Shown here: piece by piece, positions 58,413-64,000 of the stretch
How positions within the stretch are numbered: position 1 is the first letter of the stretch
Layout: each line of letters starts with the position of its first letter
Sequence record: OP870145.1
DNA length: 64,000 nucleotides
Strand: one strand, 5' to 3'
Origin: Escherichia phage vB_Eco_F26
Position numbers and translations under genes: made by a program
Notes under the pieces: model-generated
What the model was told of the DNA's origin: nothing
Database searches by the model: none
What the model saw: only the letters and a program-made list of their open reading frames with translations

Positions 58413-61400
58413 ATGGCCGAGATTAAAAGAAAGTTCAGAGCAGAAGATGGTCTGGACGCAGGTGGTGATAAAATAATCAACGTAGCTTTAGCTGATCGTA
58501 CCGTAGGAACTGACGGTGTTAACGTTGATTACTTAATTCAAGAAAACACAGTTCAACAATATGATCCAACTCGTGGATATTTAAAAGATTTTGTAATCAT
58601 TTATGATAACCGCTTTTGGGCTGCTATAAATGATATTCCAAAACCAGCAGGAGCTTTTAATAGCGGACGCTGGAGAGCATTACGTACCGATGCTAACTGG
58701 ATTACAGTCTCATCTGGTTCATATCAATTAAAATCTGGTGAAGCTATTTCGGTTAACACTGCAGCTGGTAATGATATTACATTTACTTTACCATCTACCC
58801 CAATTGATGGTGATACTATCGTTCTCCAAGACATTGGAGGAAAACCTGGAGTTAACCAAGTTTTAATTGTAGCTCCAGTGCAAAGTATTGTAAACTTCAG
58901 AGGTGAACAAGTACGTTCAGTACTAATGACTCATCCAAAGTCACAGCTAGTTTTAATTTTTAGTAATCGTCTGTGGCAAATGTATGTTGCTGATTATAGT
59001 AGAGAAGCTATAGTTGTAACGCCTGCGAGTCTCTATCAGGCGCAATCAAACGATTTTATCGTACGTAGATTTACTTCTGCTGCACCAATTAATGTCAAAC
59101 TTCCAAGATTTGCTAATCATGGCGATATTATTAATTTCGTCGATTTAGATAAACTAAATCCACTTTATCATACAATTGTTACTACATACGATGAAACGAC
59201 TTCAATACAAGAAGTTGGAACTCATTCTATTGAAGGCCGTACATCAATCGACGGTTTCTTGATGTTTGATGATAATGAGAAATTGTGGAGATTGTTTGAC
59301 GGGGATAGTAAAGCGCGTTTACGTATTATAACAACTAATTCTAATATTCGTCCAAATGAAGAAGTTATGGTATTTGGTGCGAATAACGGAACAGCTCAGA
59401 CAATTGAGCTTCAGCTTCCGACTGATATTTCTGTTGGTGATACTGTTAAAATTTCCATGAATTACATGAGAAAAGGACAAACAGTTAAAATCAAAGCTGC
59501 CGGTGAAGATAAAATTGCTTCTTCAGTTCAATTACTGCAATTCCCAAAACGCTCAGAATATCCGCCTGAAACTAAATGGGTAACTGTCCAAGAATTAGTT
59601 TTTAATGGTGAAACTAATTATGTTCCAGTTTTGGAGCTTGCTTATATAGAAGATTCTGATGGAAAATACTGGGTTGTACAACAAAACGTTCCAACTGTAG
59701 AAAGAGTAGATTCTTTAAATGATTCTACTAGAGCAAGATTAGGCGTAATTGCTTTAGCTACACAAGCTCAAGCTAACGTCGATTTAGAAAATTCTCCACA
59801 AAAAGAATTAGCAATTACTCCAGAAACATTAGCTAACCGTACTGCTACTGAAACTCGTAGAGGTATTGCAAGAATAGCAACTACTGCTCAAGTGAACCAG
59901 GATACTACATTCTCTTTTGCTGATGATATTATCATCACTCCTAAAAAGCTGAATGAAAGAACTGCTACAGAAACTCGTAGAGGTGTCGCAGAAATTGCTA
60001 CGCAGCAAGAAACAAACGCAGGTACTGATGATACTACAATCATCACTCCTAAAAAGCTTCAAGCTCGTCAAGGTTCTGAATCATTATCTGGTATTGTAAC
60101 TTTTGTATCTACTGCAGGTGCTACTCCGGCTTCTAGCCGTGAATTAAATGGTACGAATGTTTATAATAAAAACACTAATAATTTAGTTGTTTCACCTAAA
60201 GCTTTGGATCAGTATAAAGCTACGCCTACTCAACAGGGTGCAGTAATTTTAGCAGTTGAAAGTGAAGTAATTGCTGGACAAAGTCAGCAAGGATGGGCAA
60301 ATGCTGTTGTAACGCCAGAAACGTTACATAAAAAGACATCAACTGATGGAAGAATTGGTTTAATTGAAATTGCTACGCAAAGTGAAGTTAATACAGGAAC
60401 TGATTATACTCGTGCAGTCACTCCTAAAACTTTAAATGACCGTAAAGCAACTGAAAGTTTAAGTGGTATAGCTGAAATTGCTACACAAGTTGAATTCGAC
60501 GCAGGCGTCGACGATACTCGTATCTCTACACCATTAAAAATTAAAACCAGATTTAATAGTACTGATCGTACTTCTGTTGTTGCTCTATCTGGATTAGTTG
60601 AATCAGGAACTCTCTGGGACCATTATACCCTTAATATTCTTGAAGCAAATGAGACACAGCGTGGTACACTTCGTGTAGCTACACAAGTTGAAGCTGCTGC
60701 AGGAACATTAGATAATGTTTTAATAACTCCTAAAAAGCTTTTAGGTACTAAATCTACCGAATCGCAGGAAGGTGTTATTAAAGTTGCAACTCAGTCTGAA
60801 ACTGTAACTGGAACGTCAGCAAATACTGCTGTATCTCCAAAAAATTTAAAATGGATTGTGCAGAGTGAACCTACTTGGGCAGCTACTACTGCGATAAGAG
60901 GTTTTGTTAAAACTTCATCCGGTTCAATTACATTCGTTGGTAATGATACAGTTGGTTCTACACAGAGCTTAGAGCTATACGAGAAAAATAGCTATGCAGT
61001 ATCACCGTACGAATTAAACCGTGTATTAGCAAATTATTTGCCGTTAAAAGCAAAAGCCGCTGACGCGAATTTATTAGATGGTCTAGATTCATCCCAGTTC
61101 ATTCGTAGGGATATTGCACAGACGGTTAATGGTTCACTAACCTTAACCCAACAAACGAATCTAAGTGCCCCTCTTGTATCATCTAGTACTGCTACGTTTG
61201 GTGGATCAGTTTCGGCAAATAGTACATTAACTATTTCTAATACTGGAACGGCAACTCGTCTGATTTTTGAGAAAGGACCTCAAACTGGAACTAACCCAGT
61301 ACAGACGATGACTATCAGAGTTTGGGGAAATCAGTTTGGTGGCGGTTCAGATACAACACGTTCTACTGTATTTGAAGTTGGTGATGAAACGTCTAATCAC

Positions 61401-62282
61401 TTTTATTCTCAACGTAATAAAGCTGGGAATATAACGTTTAGTATCAATGGTACTGTAATGCCGATAAATGTTAACGCTTCAGGTTCTTTGAATGCGAATG
61501 GCGTTGCAACATTCGGTCGTTCAGTTACTGCTAATGGTGAATTCATCAGCAAGTCTGCAAATGCTTTTAGAGCAATAAGTGGTAATTATGGATTCTTTAT
61601 TCGCAATGATGCTGCTAACACCTATTTTATGCTCACTGCATCGGGTGATCAGACTGGCGGATTTAATGGATTACGTCCTTTAGCTATTAATAATGCATCT
61701 GGTCAAGTAACGATTGGTGAAAGCTTAATCATTGCCAAAGGTGCTACTATAAATTCAGGTGGTTTAACTGTTAACTCGAGAATTCGTTCTCAGGGCACTA
61801 AAACATCTGACTTATATACCCGTGCGCCAACATCTGATACCGTAGGATTCTGGTCAATTGACATTAATGATTCAGCTACTTATAATCAGTTCCCAGGTTA
61901 TTTTAAAATGGTTGAAAAAACTAATGAAGTGACTGGACTTCCATACTTAGAACGTGGTGAAGAAGTTAAATCTCCTGGTACATTGACTCAGTTTGGTAAC
62001 ACACTTGATTCGCTTTACCAAGATTGGATTACTTATCCAACGACTCCAGAAGCGCGTACCACTCGCTGGACACGCACATGGCAGAAAACCAAAAACTCCT
62101 GGTCAAGTTTTGTTCAGGTATTTGATGGAGGTAACCCTCCTCAACCGTCTGATATCGGTGCTTTACCATCTGATAATGCTACAATGGGGAATCTTACTAT
62201 TCGTGATTTCTTACGAATTGGTAATGTTCGCATTATTCCTGACCCAGTGAATAAAACGGTTAAATTTGAATGGGTTGAATAA
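58413..62282 (+). CDS. 34: long tail fibre proximal subunit gp34
   Basis: 1289 aa as T4 gp34; late promoter upstream; internal repeat motifs. Confidence 0.9.
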   Translation: MAEIKRKFRAEDGLDAGGDKIINVALADRTVGTDGVNVDYLIQENTVQQYDPTRGYLKDFVIIYDNRFWAAINDIPKPAGAFNSGRWRALRTDANWITVSSGSYQLKSGEAISVNTAAGNDITFTLPSTPIDGDTIVLQDIGGKPGVNQVLIVAPVQSIVNFRGEQVRSVLMTHPKSQLVLIFSNRLWQMYVADYSREAIVVTPASLYQAQSNDFIVRRFTSAAPINVKLPRFANHGDIINFVDLDKLNPLYHTIVTTYDETTSIQEVGTHSIEGRTSIDGFLMFDDNEKLWRLFDGDSKARLRIITTNSNIRPNEEVMVFGANNGTAQTIELQLPTDISVGDTVKISMNYMRKGQTVKIKAAGEDKIASSVQLLQFPKRSEYPPETKWVTVQELVFNGETNYVPVLELAYIEDSDGKYWVVQQNVPTVERVDSLNDSTRARLGVIALATQAQANVDLENSPQKELAITPETLANRTATETRRGIARIATTAQVNQDTTFSFADDIIITPKKLNERTATETRRGVAEIATQQETNAGTDDTTIITPKKLQARQGSESLSGIVTFVSTAGATPASSRELNGTNVYNKNTNNLVVSPKALDQYKATPTQQGAVILAVESEVIAGQSQQGWANAVVTPETLHKKTSTDGRIGLIEIATQSEVNTGTDYTRAVTPKTLNDRKATESLSGIAEIATQVEFDAGVDDTRISTPLKIKTRFNSTDRTSVVALSGLVESGTLWDHYTLNILEANETQRGTLRVATQVEAAAGTLDNVLITPKKLLGTKSTESQEGVIKVATQSETVTGTSANTAVSPKNLKWIVQSEPTWAATTAIRGFVKTSSGSITFVGNDTVGSTQSLELYEKNSYAVSPYELNRVLANYLPLKAKAADANLLDGLDSSQFIRRDIAQTVNGSLTLTQQTNLSAPLVSSSTATFGGSVSANSTLTISNTGTATRLIFEKGPQTGTNPVQTMTIRVWGNQFGGGSDTTRSTVFEVGDETSNHFYSQRNKAGNITFSINGTVMPINVNASGSLNANGVATFGRSVTANGEFISKSANAFRAISGNYGFFIRNDAANTYFMLTASGDQTGGFNGLRPLAINNASGQVTIGESLIIAKGATINSGGLTVNSRIRSQGTKTSDLYTRAPTSDTVGFWSIDINDSATYNQFPGYFKMVEKTNEVTGLPYLERGEEVKSPGTLTQFGNTLDSLYQDWITYPTTPEARTTRWTRTWQKTKNSWSSFVQVFDGGNPPQPSDIGALPSDNATMGNLTIRDFLRIGNVRIIPDPVNKTVKFEWVE

Positions 62283-62290
62283 GAGGTATT

Positions 62291-63406
62291 ATGGAAAAAT
62301 TTATGGCAGAGTTTGGACAAGGATACGTCCAAACGCCATTTTTATCGGAAAGTAATTCAGTAAGATATAAAATAAGTATAGCGGGTTCTTGCCCGCTTTC
62401 TACTGCAGGACCATACGTTAAATTTCAGGATAATCCTGTCGGAAATCAAACATTTAACGCAGGTCTTCATTTAAGAGTTTTTGACCCTTCCACAGGAGCA
62501 TTAGTTGATAGTAAGTCATATGCTTTTTCGACTTCAAATGATACTACATCAGCTGCTTTTGTTAGTTTCATGAATTCTTTGGCGAATAATAGACTTGTTG
62601 CTATATTAACTAACGGAAAGGTTAATTTTCCTCCTGAAGTAGTATCTTGGCTAAGAACCGCCGGAACGTCTGCCTTTCCATCTGATTCTGTATTGTCAAG
62701 ATTCGACGTATCATATGCTGCTTTTTATACTTCTTCTAAAAGAGCTATTGCATTAGAGCATGTTAAACTAAGTAATAGAAAAAGCACAGATGATTATCAA
62801 ACTATTTTAGATGTTGTATTTGACAGTTTAGAAGATATTGGAGCTACCGGGTTTCCAAGAAGAACGTATGAAAGCGTTGAGCAATTTATGTCAGCGGTTG
62901 GTGGAACTAATAACGAAATTGCGCGTCTACCAACTTCAGCTGCTATAAGTAAATTATCTGATTATAATTTAATTCCTGGTGATGTTCTTTATCTTAAAGC
63001 TCAGTTATATGCTGATGCCGATTTACTTGCTCTTGGAACTACGAATATATCCATTCGATTTTATAATGCATCAAATGGATATATTTCCTCGACACAAGCT
63101 GAATTTACTGGGCAAGCTGGGTCATGGGAATTAAAGGAAGATTATGTAGTTGTTCCAGAAAACGCAGTAGGATTTACGATATATGCACAGAGAACTGCAC
63201 AAGCTGGCCAAGGTGGCATGAGAAATTTAAGCTTTTCTGAAGTATCAAGAAACGGCGGTATTTCAAAACCTGCTGAATTTGGCGTCAACGGTATTCGTGT
63301 TAATTATATCTGTGAATCTGCTTCACCTCCGGATATAATGGTACTTCCTACGCAAGCATCGTCTAAAACTGGTAAAGTGTTTGGGCAAGAATTTAGAGAA
63401 GTATAA
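62291..63406 (+). CDS. 35: long tail fibre hinge protein gp35
   Basis: 371 aa; AAGAGG SD; between 34 and 36. Confidence 0.8.
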   Translation: MEKFMAEFGQGYVQTPFLSESNSVRYKISIAGSCPLSTAGPYVKFQDNPVGNQTFNAGLHLRVFDPSTGALVDSKSYAFSTSNDTTSAAFVSFMNSLANNRLVAILTNGKVNFPPEVVSWLRTAGTSAFPSDSVLSRFDVSYAAFYTSSKRAIALEHVKLSNRKSTDDYQTILDVVFDSLEDIGATGFPRRTYESVEQFMSAVGGTNNEIARLPTSAAISKLSDYNLIPGDVLYLKAQLYADADLLALGTTNISIRFYNASNGYISSTQAEFTGQAGSWELKEDYVVVPENAVGFTIYAQRTAQAGQGGMRNLSFSEVSRNGGISKPAEFGVNGIRVNYICESASPPDIMVLPTQASSKTGKVFGQEFREV

Positions 63407-63410
63407 ATTG

Positions 63411-63438
63411 AGGGAGCCTTCGGGTTTCCCTTTTTCTT
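63411..63438 (+). terminator. rho-independent terminator after gene 35
   Basis: GGGAGCC-TTCG-GGTTTCCC hairpin followed by TTTTTCTTT. Confidence 0.6.
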
Positions 63439-63446
63439 TATAAATA
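63439..63446 (+). promoter_or_regulatory. late promoter (TATAAATA) for gene 36
   Basis: Exact TATAAATA ~24 nt upstream of gene 36 ATG. Confidence 0.7.
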
Positions 63447-63469
63447 CTATTAAAATAAAGGGGCATACA

Positions 63470-64000
63470 ATGGCTGATTTAAAAGTAGGTTCAACAACTG
63501 GAGGCTCTGTCATTTGGCATCAAGGAAATTTTCCATTGAATCCGGCAGGTGACGATGTACTCTATAAATCATATAAAATATATTCAGAATATAATAAACC
63601 GCAGGCAGCTGATAACGATTTCGTTTCTAAAGCAAACGGTGGCACAGATTCTCGAGGTTTCCAAAAAGAAGTAGAATTTAAAGAAGGCGTTAAGATTTCT
63701 GCAACGTTTCCTCGCGGTTCAAACCTGAATGGGTTATATTCTGGCAATGGAGATGGAGCTTCAAGAGAAAAAGCTAACATGGATTTACGTTCATGGTACG
63801 GCATTGGTATTTGGAACTCATGCACAGGTAGTGGGATCCAGGGACGCACAATCTGGTTTAATGCCAGGCGTGGTACAGTTGAAACAGTTGGCGATATTGT
63901 TTCAGGCAAACAAGTTATTTCTAATGCTTCAGGACCGACCGGCCCAGCACACTTAACTCGCAAAGATTATGTTGATGGAGCAATAAATACTGTTACGGCA
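63470..64000 (+). CDS. 36: long tail fibre distal connector gp36, N-terminal part (runs off window end)
   Basis: ATG at 63470 after late promoter; MADLKVGSTTGGSVIWHQGNF... open to window end. Confidence 0.7.
   Translation, partial: MADLKVGSTTGGSVIWHQGNFPLNPAGDDVLYKSYKIYSEYNKPQAADNDFVSKANGGTDSRGFQKEVEFKEGVKISATFPRGSNLNGLYSGNGDGASREKANMDLRSWYGIGIWNSCTGSGIQGRTIWFNARRGTVETVGDIVSGKQVISNASGPTGPAHLTRKDYVDGAINTVTA

Noticed and set aside
59700-60800. Internal repeats in gp34 (recurring ...TPKKL...ATE(T/S)...G(I/V)A(E/R)IATQ...)
   Set aside because: Expected repeat motifs of the long tail fibre shaft, not a mobile or regulatory repeat

Overview
This window is a contiguous segment of a T4-like (T-even, Tevenvirinae) phage genome running from the 3' end of neck gene 13 to the 5' end of tail-fibre gene 36. 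The first ~14.5 kb is the + strand late morphogenesis block (14, 15, terminase 16/17, sheath 18, tube 19, portal 20, 67, 68, protease 21, scaffold 22, major capsid 23, vertex 24) with TATAAATA late promoters and GC hairpin terminators. It is followed by rnlB-hoc-inh (-), uvsW (+), uvsY/25/26 (-), the baseplate hub/tape-measure block 51-27-28-29-48-54 (+), and a long - strand early block (alt, DNA ligase 30, 30.x, rIII, 31, cd, pseT, spanins, alc, rnlA, denA, nrdB, nrdA, td, frd, 32, 59, 33, dsbA, rnh), then 34-35-36 (+). Assignments rest on recalled T4 protein lengths, motifs and gene order, not on database searches. The most notable content is the load of selfish endonuclease elements: the td group I intron with I-TevI, the nrdB intron with a zinc-finger-only I-TevIII remnant, three paralogous free-standing HNH genes (between 13/14, between uvsW/uvsW.1, and inside nrdA), and a 530-aa endonuclease-like ORF between nrdA and nrdB. 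The HNH gene inside nrdA splits the large RNR subunit into two ORFs at the active-site region. Other departures from the T4 reference layout are an ORF separating frd from td, a degenerate partial duplication of the alt 5' end, a Hoc with four Ig-like repeats, and no seg genes at the 23/24, inh/uvsW and 32/59 junctions. No tRNA, rRNA or CRISPR arrays were seen.
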